Part shown: positions 1 to 8,598 of the stretch, piece after piece | Numbering within the stretch: the stretch's first letter is position 1 | Layout of the letters: the number at the start of each line of letters is the position of its first letter | NCBI GenBank assembly: GCA_051294375.1 | Contig: JBJCIZ010001505.1 | Coordinates: forward strand, 1 to 9,437 | Length of the DNA: 9,437 bases | Direction: 5' to 3' | Source: Paraspadella gotoi | Taxonomy: Eukaryota; Animalia; Chaetognatha | Position numbers and translations under genes: made by a program | Notes under the pieces: generated by a model | What the model saw: only the letters and a program-made list of their open reading frames with translations | Told to the model about the DNA's origin: nothing | Database searches by the model: none

Positions 1-55
1 CAGTCTAATTAATCAATCAATCAATTGGCACTTGCCCTTCATTTTTGTCATACAG

Positions 56-291
56 GCGCCCTTGAGATGGACGTCAAATTGAGGAACACTTCGGGCAACA
101 TCGAAGAAGCTCCAGGTCCACCTCTGGAATCATTCGAGGGGAAAACATCTCTTTCACGCCGGTTCACTGCAGAAGGAAGCTCTTCAAGAATTGACTTTAG
201 ACTCACCATCTCTGATGGTCCAAGTTTTTGTGCTCCAACGGCGTCGTCGTTGAAAGGGGACCGGATTCAAACAGTGGGGCTTCTTTCTTGA
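56..291 (+). CDS. Possible terminal coding exon, unknown product (ALEMDVKLRNTSGNIEEAPGPPLESFEGK...IQTVGLLS*)
   Basis: Acceptor-like tttttgtcatacag ends at 55, with a CTAAT branch-like motif at 5-9. One frame stays open to TGA 289-291 and the sequence is non-repetitive. A competing minus-strand reading exists (intron-like GTGAGT..TGCAG at 206->167). No family recognised. Confidence 0.25.
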
Positions 292-612
292 TAATTCGTG
301 GTTTATCGACAATGTATGCGTCCTATTTTGAAAGAGCATAGATAGCGTGTAGTAGTAGAATTAGAAAATTATAATGGTTTAGTTTTCTAAGTTAACTGTC
401 AATATTAAATTTATTTCGTTTTTACAGTTTATCTTATTACGCTTTTGAGACAGTCCGTCGGTCCGTTCGTTTCTTCATAGATCTCAGGCTAAGAACTAAT
501 TGAGCTTAGAAAGAGAAAAGTATAACTGAAAAAAGTTTCATCGTATAAACTGACTGATTAAACGATAGAAATCATTAAAAATTAATGAATTAAAACTTTT
601 TTTTTCTTCCAG

Positions 613-736
613 CAATCTGACAAAGTTCAAACGAGCAGTCGCGAAAGAGACACCGAAGTTCGATGAGTTAATGAAGAAAATGCGGCGACCTAATATCTCG
701 GGTCACGAGCTTTACTCTCAATTGGAGGAATTTAAA
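613..736 (+). CDS. Internal coding exon, unknown helical protein (NLTKFKRAVAKETPKFDELMKKMRRPNISGHELYSQLEEFK)
   Basis: Strong acceptor (T-run then cttccag ending 612) and donor AAA|GTAAGC at 737. The 124-nt exon has an open frame ending in phase 0 and joins in frame to the exon at 886. Not in the ORF track. Confidence 0.6.
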
Positions 737-885
737 GTAAGCACAATGACGAATGCATATTCCGCATCTTTATACACGTAGCCGAGTATTATGAATTAAA
801 TAAACAAGCTTATCAAGCTTTGTTAATTCTTATAAAGTCTTAAGAATTTCAAACCGCAGTTTTATTAATTTTCCTTTTCTTTCAG
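737..885 (+). other. Spliceosomal GT-AG intron (149 nt)
   Basis: Starts GTAAGC, is AT-rich and ends ttttccttttctttcag. Removing it fuses two open frames. Confidence 0.6.
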
Positions 886-966
886 AAACTGCTCACTGAG
901 TGTTACCGAGCTCTCGTACGAATTTACAACAAAGCCAATCAGAACGCGTACTTAAAGGTCACCTGA
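886..966 (+). CDS. Next coding exon of the same gene (KLLTECYRALVRIYNKANQNAYLK, then VT* or a splice after 957)
   Basis: Follows the TTTCAG acceptor in phase 0. It ends either at the weak donor AAG|GTCACC (957/958) or at TGA 964-966. Confidence 0.5.
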   Translation, partial: KLLTECYRALVRIYNKANQNAYLKVT

Positions 967-1730
967 ATTATATTCCTTTGAAAAAACAGAAATGGAGAAC
1001 ATCGCGTTGTAAAATTGTTCGTTTCGTATTGCGCAAGTCGCAATATTTTCTTTCCCTTCGTCTAAAATGTCCTCGAGCGCCTCTTTGTTTTGTTCTCCAG
1101 CGGAGGACCTCGGTTTCAGGTTCCCGGACGCCGCGCTCGTTTTTGTTGCTCTTTGACGCCCGGTTTCTGCTCCGTGCCTGGGCTCCTTTTTTTTTCTCCT
1201 TCGGCCTCGCCCATGACATCTCTAGCGTCGTCCTTTCCCGGTCTTTATGACCAACTTATCTTCCTCAATTCGCGACGCGTCGCTTTCCCTTCCCTTTTTA
1301 AATCTTCCCGACAACTGGAAAGCCCACACGAACGTTTCGCTACTTTCCAACCGATGTTGGCACGTTATGCCGACCGCGGGCAGCCGCCTTGCGCATCTTT
1401 TTCTCCCCCTGGCGCATGGGCGCCAAATCTTCTCCAGAATCGTCGATGATCCCAATTCTTCTTTTCTCTTCAGGTCACAAATAATTTTTCTTCTCCTCGA
1501 TTTCCATTACAAGTGTTCCTCTTTTATATTTCTATTTCTATTTTCTTATACACTGTCTAGTTAAGACTTTCGACGTGGAGTCTCAAAGATTTAAGAAATG
1601 GTGTGTGACTTTTCAAATTTTCAACTTCACCTGTTCCTCTTTTTAATGGCTCATTCTCGGCATCACGGCTGATCATCCGATGCTTTCCATTACTTTTTAC
1701 TTTCCTCATTTCTCACCTTTATCTGACACA

Positions 1731-1741
1731 CTCTCTCTCAT

Positions 1742-1779
<38 letters not shown>

Positions 1780-1800
1780 CTTCTCTACTCTCTCTCTCTT
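1731..1800. repeat. (CT)n microsatellite, perfect core of 16 units at 1743-1774 with degenerate flanks
   Basis: Directly visible. Confidence 0.95.
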
Positions 1801-1887
1801 ATGTTCCTCGCCCTTAATTTCCTAGCTTCGAGCTTCAGATTTTCTCCCCTTTTTGTCACTTATCTCTGCCCGCCCCGCTCGATCTTT

Positions 1888-1997
1888 TCGGTGACCATCT
1901 GTGGTCGGCGACGTCGTGTTCGCGCGCGATCGGGCTGTTCCGGTGACATTCTGGTCGGCGATGGCTGTTGTTTCGGCGACGCCGTCTGTGTCGGCGA
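1888..1997. repeat. Degenerate GC/CpG-rich tandem repeat built on the heptamer YCGGYGA (6 copies)
   Basis: TCGGCGA at 1905, 1955, 1973 and 1991 (last three exactly 18 bp apart), plus TCGGTGA at 1888 and CCGGTGA at 1940. Confidence 0.65.
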
Positions 1998-2509
1998 CCT
2001 GACTTTGATCTCGCCACGTCGATGTCCATGAGGAGAGTATACCGTCCTGAAGCTGTATCTTACTGCGTCATTCTTTCTTCGATACTTCCTGCCTCTTTCC
2101 CCTATTAATATGTTTCTCTCTTTGACACAAAAGCCAAAAACAACGATGTAATATGATGTAATTATATATTTTACAGTTCATATTATTACTTGTTTGTTTT
2201 ACGCATCGCTTGTTTATTTTCTAAACTTGAATGTGGTCCTGTTCACTTTGTTCAGCTCTCTCATACTTCGTCTGGTTCAACTTCCTTAATTAACAACACA
2301 CAATCAATTCTTATTGGGAAAACAACTTCTCTAGTTCGTGACTCGAAATTAAAAAAAACAATACAATGACACGCACCGAAGCTGAAGTCGCCTCTCACTA
2401 GTGCGACACAGCGAAGATCGTTATGAAGACATCCCAGACAACGGACGACAACAACGACGACTTTCGCGCTGCATCGCATCCGAATGACATTCCCGCGTTC
2501 GCATGTCAT

Positions 2510-2622
2510 CTTTTTCAGTTTCCTCATTATTTCTCTTTCCATCTCTCTTTCCTCTTTCCTTTTTTATTTTTGTCTATTTCTCTTTTCTTTTTTCGTCTTC
2601 ATTGCAGTCATCAATTCTCTTC
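2510..2622. repeat. T/C-rich low-complexity tract
   Basis: Directly visible pyrimidine bias. Confidence 0.8.
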
Positions 2623-2644
2623 CGCGCTGACCGAATCGCTGTTA

Positions 2645-2740
2645 AAGAGAGAGGAGACGAGAAGAGAGATACGCGAGATGATGAGAGAGAGAGAGAGAAG
2701 AGTTAGGAGAGAGACGACGGTAGAGAGAGAGAAGAGACAA
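2645..2740. repeat. Degenerate (GA)n polypurine tract
   Basis: Directly visible. It explains the E/R-rich and S/L-rich ORFs called here. Confidence 0.9.
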
Positions 2741-3682
2741 GCGACCCACACCACCACATTAGGAGAGATGCAAGGAGCAGGACAGATAAGAAGTATTCTT
2801 GTGTGAACTAATGACTGACTATTTACACAAACAAAGCTCAGTGTGTGTTTGCATTTCGTTTTTGCCAAGTTGACATCAATTTTCTCATCATCAGCCTGAA
2901 GTTCGTATTAAAGAACGAGCGAACCTCGGAGCATAACTAGAGCTGTTAAATGCTCGGTAGTGACAAGGTTTGATACTCTTCTTGGTAATTTATATTCAAA
3001 AATAAAAAACCACTGAATAATACAAGCTTTATTCAGTGGAAAAAATCGTAAAATCAACATATCAAAAGACACGTCTTTATGTGTTAACCAAACTTTCAGA
3101 CATGTCATTCCACAGAAAACCCAATCGTTCGCCTCATTTTATTAATATTACATATCTATGCAGAATCAATCAAGCCGAACACTGATTCGTTGGCCTCATA
3201 AATATGTTTCCATTTTGAACGCTCGTGAGCACAATGATCATAATTCCCAACCCCAAGACCCATATAGTCGAGGGCAGAAATGAGCCTCATTTTAGACTTG
3301 ACAGTCTCTGCATCGACTTTAAAGTTTGTCTTATTCTCCTTCTTGACCTTTTGTTTTTTCTTCTTTAGCCTCACTCTTTCTGGATTGGTCATCTTGCTTC
3401 CTCTCTCGGTCTTTCGCCTATTTTCCCAGAATACCTCAATTTATTCTTACACTTTGGCAATAATTTAATTTTTTAATGGAAATTAGGTGAAGCAGAGGTC
3501 TAGGGAAGTATCGGTTTAGGGATTTAAGTTTCAGTAATGAAGCTTATTCTAAGTTTAAAGACTTAGGGGAAAATGCGTTAAAATTAAGTGATCTCAAGGT
3601 TATGTTAGGAGGTCAACATTTTGCGTGGGATAATAAACGTCTGGCGCAGGTCAAGCGCTAACGGTACGTCTGTAGAAGGCCC

Positions 3683-3900
3683 TCTATTTCCTTTCCGACA
3701 TTTCTTTCTCATATATCTTACTATCTCTTTTTGCTGCTCTCTTTCTTAATTTTCTACTATCTCCCTTCCCCATCTTCTTCTTTTCTAATCATCTCTAATC
3801 TCCTGCCACTCTCCATCCCATCTCCTGTCCCATCTGCTTCCTTTTTACTATCTCTTACTCTCTCTTACTTGTCTCCTTTCTTCGATCTCGACCTCGACCT
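3683..3900. repeat. Pyrimidine-rich low-complexity tract with recurring ATCTC/TCTC motifs
   Basis: Directly visible, with very few G on +. Confidence 0.75.
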
Positions 3901-3962
3901 TCTGACTTCGGCTTCGGTTTCCAAATGAAGCGACGATCGAAGAGACGAGGATCAGAATCCTT

Positions 3963-3980
3963 GAGACAGAGACAGAGACA
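3963..3980. repeat. (GAGACA)3 short tandem repeat
   Basis: Three exact copies. Confidence 0.85.
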
Positions 3981-4166
3981 GGATAGAGAAGAGAAGCGTG
4001 TAATGGTTAAAAAAAAAAAACAGAAGGGAAGCGGAAAAACATGGTTAGTTTGCCTTCAATAATATGAAGAGTTTTTTGTGTCGGATACCATGAATTTTAC
4101 TACACCTTTGTGTTCAAGTTTATACATCAGCACTTTCAGCACGAAATTTGAAAAGCTAGCCAGTAT

Positions 4167-4181
4167 GAGGAGAGGAGAGAG

Positions 4182-4219
<38 letters not shown>

Positions 4220-4268
4220 GAGAGAGAGAAGAAGAGAGAGACAGAGAAGAGAGACAAGAGAGAGAGAG
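4167..4268. repeat. Imperfect (GA)n microsatellite, about 100 bp of almost pure purine
   Basis: Directly visible. Confidence 0.95.
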
Positions 4269-4514
4269 CGACTAGAGTAGATGAGAGCGCAGAGAATTTG
4301 AAAGACCCCGTTCCCCTTTTCTATAAACGCGTCGCAGTTGGTAAATCTTTATATTCCGAGCAAACAGCGTTAAGTGAATAAAAGAGACGGAAGAATTCTC
4401 TCGCCCTACATTCTGTTACCCAAGCGATGTTGCCGGGCGACCGCGTTTCTGAAGGAGAGGCAGAGGCTGTGGGAGATTCCAGAGATCTGTAAACTGTAGG
4501 CCGGCGGATCCCAA

Positions 4515-4740
4515 ATGAAGAAAAAGTAAAGAAAATGCCGAAAAAATAAAAGAAAAGGAAAGGGGCAGAAATGAGGAGAGAAAAGAATTGAGAGATAATG
4601 GGGATGGGATAGGAGATGAAGGAGTGAGGAGAAATAGGAAGATTATGAAATAAAAAAAATATTTAAGAGATGCAGATAGAGGATAAAAAGGGAAAAATAG
4701 GAAAAGAAGGAGATGAAGAAGTCCGTAAAGAAAAGATATA
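4515..4740. repeat. Purine-rich low-complexity tract
   Basis: A/G-rich and nearly C-free on +. Confidence 0.8.
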
Positions 4741-5567
4741 TTACTTAAAATGCCCTGTCCTTATTCCCTAACTAATATTTAACTTACAAACTAACTTAAT
4801 AATTCCGAATTTAAGCTGAAGAGGGCGCGTTATGAGAGAATGCGAAGATCGATTGCGATACACGAACTGCTCGGTAATTCGCTTTTATTCTTTATAGTTC
4901 AGGATTTCTAGACAGGCGCATAGTAGTCACTAAAATTTTAGGATTATTTCCTTCTAACAATGGCATACTATAGGGGATCATAAAGGCATTTGTAACATCA
5001 AGTTTGACGACCGACGGCACTACATAGCCGATCGACACCGGACCACCGTACAGGAGCACCGAAAGCGCGAGTCACTCGCAGGCGCTATGTTACAACTCAC
5101 AAGATCAATTCGTCAAATGTGAAAGAAATAGGAGACTGAGGCGCATGAGAGAAGCAAAGAAGAGAAAGGAAAATGCCTCCATTGCGTTCGTCATTCAATT
5201 CCCGCCAAACGAAAAGTCTCAGTCTCGTACGTGCGGTAAACCCGTTAAGGCGTACAAATTTTTTTACCACGCTCCCTATTCATTTGTGATTTTAGTCTCA
5301 ATGAATAATGAATAAATTATGACGCATCATTCTCGTCACGGTCGGTGGAATGCAGGAGCTACCAAAAGGAAGAGTGACTCGAACACGAGAAGAACAGGGA
5401 CTAATTGCGTGGCGTCGGGGGAGGATTGGTGGCGTGGCAAGAGGCGGCGGGGTGTACGGTGTGAAGGGAGCGATTGACGCCTCCGCTCTTCGACGCTTTT
5501 CTTTAGAGATGTGGGAAAATATCTTTTTACAGGCTTCTTTTCTTTTTTAGTAATCGTATTTATTTAT

Positions 5568-5725
5568 GGAAGGAATATATTAACGAATATGAAAATGGAA
5601 AAAAAAAGAGAAATCAAAGGTGAAAGAGAGAAGGGAAGGTTGTGAAAGCGATAAAAAAGAAGAAACGAGCAGGGTAAGGAGGAAATAAAGAAAGGAAGCG
5701 CTAGTATAAGCGAGGAGATAAAGGC
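5568..5725. repeat. Purine-rich low-complexity tract
   Basis: A/G-rich on +. Confidence 0.7.
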
Positions 5726-6584
5726 AATTAAAAAAATCCTCTCCGCAGCCGAAAAAGACAAAAGGGCTACTGAGAAATTAATCGTTGTTCCTTAATTTAC
5801 GGAACATTCGTAAAAATCCGGTTAAATTTGGGAAAGTGGAAAAAAATTACTCGGACTTTTGTTATTCGCTTTTATGATTCTTAAATATCACACGTGCTAG
5901 GACAAGTTTATTTGTGGTGATTGCAATAGTTTTAGTATCAATTTTTGAGCACCGGTAATGTAATAGGATCTCTGTGGACGGAACCTGGCAATACTCTCGT
6001 CCACGACATTTACTGTTAAATAAATACAGATGGTTTTTCTTGAAGCTTTTCACACTTTGTCCTCATCGACGGGCAGTAAAGTTAAAGTCGAACGAACCCA
6101 TATTTTCACAAGAAAGATTTGCTTTTTTGTTGGAATAACAGTTAAAAAAAGTTAAAAATGGGTAAACCCGCAAAATCCTGTGGTTATGGAATCCCAGAAG
6201 GAAAAACAACAAACAACCGTCAAACGAAAACCACAGACAAGGAGAAAACGATAAAGTTTTCTCGACAACAATGAACTTTCTTTCTAAACGTCAAGAAATA
6301 CTTTTGCTATATAAGAACAGCCGGCTGAGATCATAATAGATCATCAAGGATGAACAAATTTCGACATCGTTTACAAACAAGGGATCGGACCTTTGTCCAC
6401 CGCGGAATTTGTTCCATAATTTAAATGCAATGCAGAACAAAAAAAATCATAATGCGCGCTCGTCTCCGTCGTCCGCCGTCCGTCATTGTCGTTCTCACTC
6501 ATCCCGATCGTTCGATGATTTACCATACACCCCCATTCAGTCGCTTCTACCTCCACTTCCATTAACCTACCTGATGCCAAACCC

Positions 6585-6867
6585 TGCCAGTATTACGCGC
6601 TCGAGACGAACGTCACCGAGACTGATAAGGACCAGTTCTCTCAGGAACTCTACCAACTGTCCCATCCTACAACCAGGGCCTACCTTCTGACTCCCCAGGA
6701 CTTTTCCTCCATCATCCATGTTCAACCGCTCAGGCAGAGGACTCACCTGTCTAACTCAGAACCTGGACCCTCTCGTTCTCTGCAGCTTTAAATCCATTTC
6801 TGATCTGTGCTACCTTCTAACCCCCTACCCCACCCCCTTTACTCTCGGTCCGTTTCCCACTTCTTGA
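6585..6867 (+). mobile_element. Possible degenerate fragment of a non-LTR retrotransposon APE endonuclease domain
   Basis: Frame 6519-6791 reads CQYYALETNVTETDKDQFSQELYQLSHPTTRAYLLTPQDFSSIIH, resembling the APE pattern YAP...KDxFY.eL...l..GDFNA. The adjacent frame (6718-6867) reads NRSGRGLTCLTQNLDPLVL, resembling N..G..L......dL.vlN. This is a resemblance by eye only, and the catalytic GDFN is not intact. Confidence 0.3.
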
Positions 6868-7129
6868 GGCTTACCTTCTAACGTCCCTTAATCGCAGCCT
6901 CTGCACGTGAGCGGGTCACTCTCCCGCATGCGGAATTATCTTTACTCACCTCGGTTGTCTGCCCCTACCCCTCTTGTTCTTGGCTCTTCTATTTTCCCCC
7001 TTACTACACCGTCTCCCTCCCCCCTTCCTCTCCTCCCGCAAACAATCTACTACTATTCCCGCGACCTCGCGGCATTCAATTTTCGATCTTCTGTGTGGAC
7101 GGCCCGTCGTCCGTTAATCCCTTCTGTCG

Positions 7130-7200
7130 TCTCTCCTCTCTCTATCCTCTCTCCTCTCCTCTCTCTCTCTCTTCTTCTCTACTCTCTCCTCTCTCTTCTC
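7130..7200. repeat. Imperfect (CT)n/(CTCTC)n microsatellite
   Basis: Directly visible. Confidence 0.9.
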
Positions 7201-7251
7201 GTCATCGCTGCGTCTAGTCAGGCCCGCAGCCCGCCATCTCTCTCGTCTCAG

Positions 7252-7338
7252 GTGCCTGTGCGCAATATCGCGCTAAGTCACCTCGCCGACGACGGAACGG
7301 CGGGAAAACCCCTGGGGGGGTTTGAAGCCGCGAGGGAG
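7252..7338 (+). CDS. Candidate 87-nt phase-0/0 exon (VPVRNIALSHLADDGTAGKPLGGFEAARE)
   Basis: Acceptor-like tctctctcgtctcag ends at 7251 and donor-like GAG|GTGGGC is at 7339, with a GC-rich open frame between. No partner exon found. Confidence 0.2.
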
Positions 7339-7423
7339 GTGGGCGGAGCGGTGTGAAGGGGGGGTAGCGAGGGAAAGTCGCGGCGAAAGGAAAAACAAGA
7401 CGGTAGAATTATTTTCATAAATT

Positions 7424-7505
7424 GGAAAAGAAAGATAACAGGAAGAGAATGGGGAAAAAAAGAGTAGGAGAGAGAGGAAGGATAGAAAGGAATGAAAAGA
7501 AAGGC
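7424..7505. repeat. Polypurine low-complexity tract
   Basis: Directly visible. Confidence 0.75.
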
Positions 7506-7980
7506 CTATTCCTCTGGTACAATATTTAAAATGATAAATAGTAATAGTAATTAGTTAATAGTACATGTAATTATAAAATATGACATCGCTCTTAAAATTC
7601 AATTATTCAATTTCGAAAGAAGAGATATGTTGTCAAAGAAGGTTTTTTTTTAATTTTCTCATCTCGTTTATTATTTTCTTTCATTTGTCGCGTTTGATTT
7701 AGAGAAGGAAATTATGACATTTTGATACAGTTTACAACAGACGATATTAAAAAATTAATCGTCGTTAAAAACAATGCCATTAAACTTTATTTCGTCTAAT
7801 ATTGTCAATTTAATTATTTTTCATCTCCACTTAAGAATATCCCATAAATAATTTTGCTGATTATGGGCGAAATGACAGAACCGCGAAAACGGCAACTTTA
7901 TAGTGAAATATTAATAGCAACTAGTATATATATATTAAAATATGTTACAAATATTAAAATATTAAATCCTTCAAACAAAC

Positions 7981-8114
7981 CGCAGTTCTGTTTGCGATAT
8001 TTTCCGAGATCGTGTCGTCAACTCTTTCTTGTTCGGACAAATCAGCTGATCAGGAAGGAGAATATCGTCGCCGTTGGCATTCACGCCGCGTCGGCCATTT
8101 AAATTGCCTTGCAT
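7981..8114 (-). CDS. Candidate coding exon, unknown product (MQGNLNGRRGVNANGDDILLPDQLICPNKKELTTRSRKISQTELR)
   Basis: GC-richer island between very AT-rich flanks. The minus-strand acceptor is ttgatttttgttttaatcag and the donor is GCG|GTTTGT. Only one of the three minus frames is open across the 134 nt. Confidence 0.45.
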
Positions 8115-8179
8115 CTGATTAAAACAAAAATCAATGTTAAGACAACGCAAAGGAAATCAAATCAATCTAGAACATCTAT

Positions 8180-8445
8180 TCAAAAATAAATGCGATCAAA
8201 CAAAAAAAAAAACCAACATTCAAAATTGTAATAAATAAACTAATACAATAAATGAATAATAAATAAACTATAATTAACTAAATAAATATCTATTATAATA
8301 AAATACTTACATAAGATAAAATATATTAGATAAAAAATAAATAAATAAATAAATAAATTAATGAACCTATAAATAAATAAATAAATAAAATAAATAATAA
8401 AAGAAAATAACATTAAATTAATTAATAATGTAATTATATGTATAA
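8180..8445. repeat. Extremely A/T-rich tract with (AAAT)n runs (6 units at 8335-8358, 4 units at 8371-8386)
   Basis: Directly visible. It is T-rich on minus, consistent with intron sequence upstream of the 8114 acceptor. Confidence 0.9.
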
Positions 8446-8481
8446 AATGTCACATTTGAACTTATAGTGCTTCTGTTAGGC

Positions 8482-8583
8482 CTTTATCTTCTTTTATTAT
8501 TTCCTATTTCCTTCTTCTTTTTCTTCTTTCTTTTCTTTCTTTCTTTTTCTTCTCTGGTCTTCTCTTTCTTCTCATGTTCTCTT
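8482..8583. repeat. (TTC)/(TTTC)-type polypyrimidine tract
   Basis: Directly visible. It produces the poly-Phe pseudo-ORF 8467-8661. Confidence 0.9.
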
Positions 8584-8598
8584 GCCGTGTACTCGAGC

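Noticed and set aside
167-206. 40-nt minus-strand intron-like segment GTGAGT...TTCTGCAG
   Set aside because: The spliced product is not recognisable, an unspliced minus frame is also open, and it conflicts with the + strand exon candidate.
1272-1283. Perfect 12-bp palindrome GCGACGCGTCGC containing ACGCGT
   Set aside because: A palindrome of this length is expected by chance in 9 kb and has no supporting context.
900-1564. Cluster of overlapping ORFs on both strands
   Set aside because: They overlap one another, arise from stop-poor GC- and pyrimidine-rich sequence, and show no domain or consistent splice chain.
2423-2868. E/R-rich and S/L/F-rich ORFs (also 3731-3928, 4078-4275, 5564-5761, most of 6907-7356, 8467-8661, 9099-9390)
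   Set aside because: They are translations of CT/GA low-complexity tracts, and their apparent transmembrane or coiled-coil character is artefactual.
3414-3440. IEVFWENRR (minus) resembling homeodomain helix 3 (WFQNRR)
   Set aside because: The invariant W-F order is reversed, and stops lie immediately upstream where helices 1-2 should be.
3476-3661. + frame MEIR*SRGLGKYRFRDLSFSNEAYSKFKDLGENALKLSDLKVMLGGQHFAWDNKRLAQVKR*
   Set aside because: It looks protein-like but is short, has an early TGA, lacks a good acceptor and matches no family. One TGA does not justify invoking TGA=Trp.
5786-5806. Imperfect palindrome TGTTCC-N9-GGAACA
   Set aside because: Single short dyad with no adjacent gene start, within chance expectation.
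6271-6336. MNFLSKRQEILLLYKNSRLRS, loosely like an LYR-motif protein N-terminus
   Set aside because: It stops after 21 codons and the downstream conserved Phe region is not evident.
7305-7323. AAAACCCC-TGGG-GGGGTTT hairpin resembling C4A4/G4T4 telomere units or a terminator
   Set aside because: Single unit only with no tandem array, and bacterial terminator logic does not apply in this context.
850-7987. 12-mer CAAACCGCAGTT shared at 850-861 and 7976-7987, and shared CT-rich words between tracts
   Set aside because: A few 12-mer matches are expected by chance in 9.4 kb, and the matches do not extend into LTRs or TIRs.
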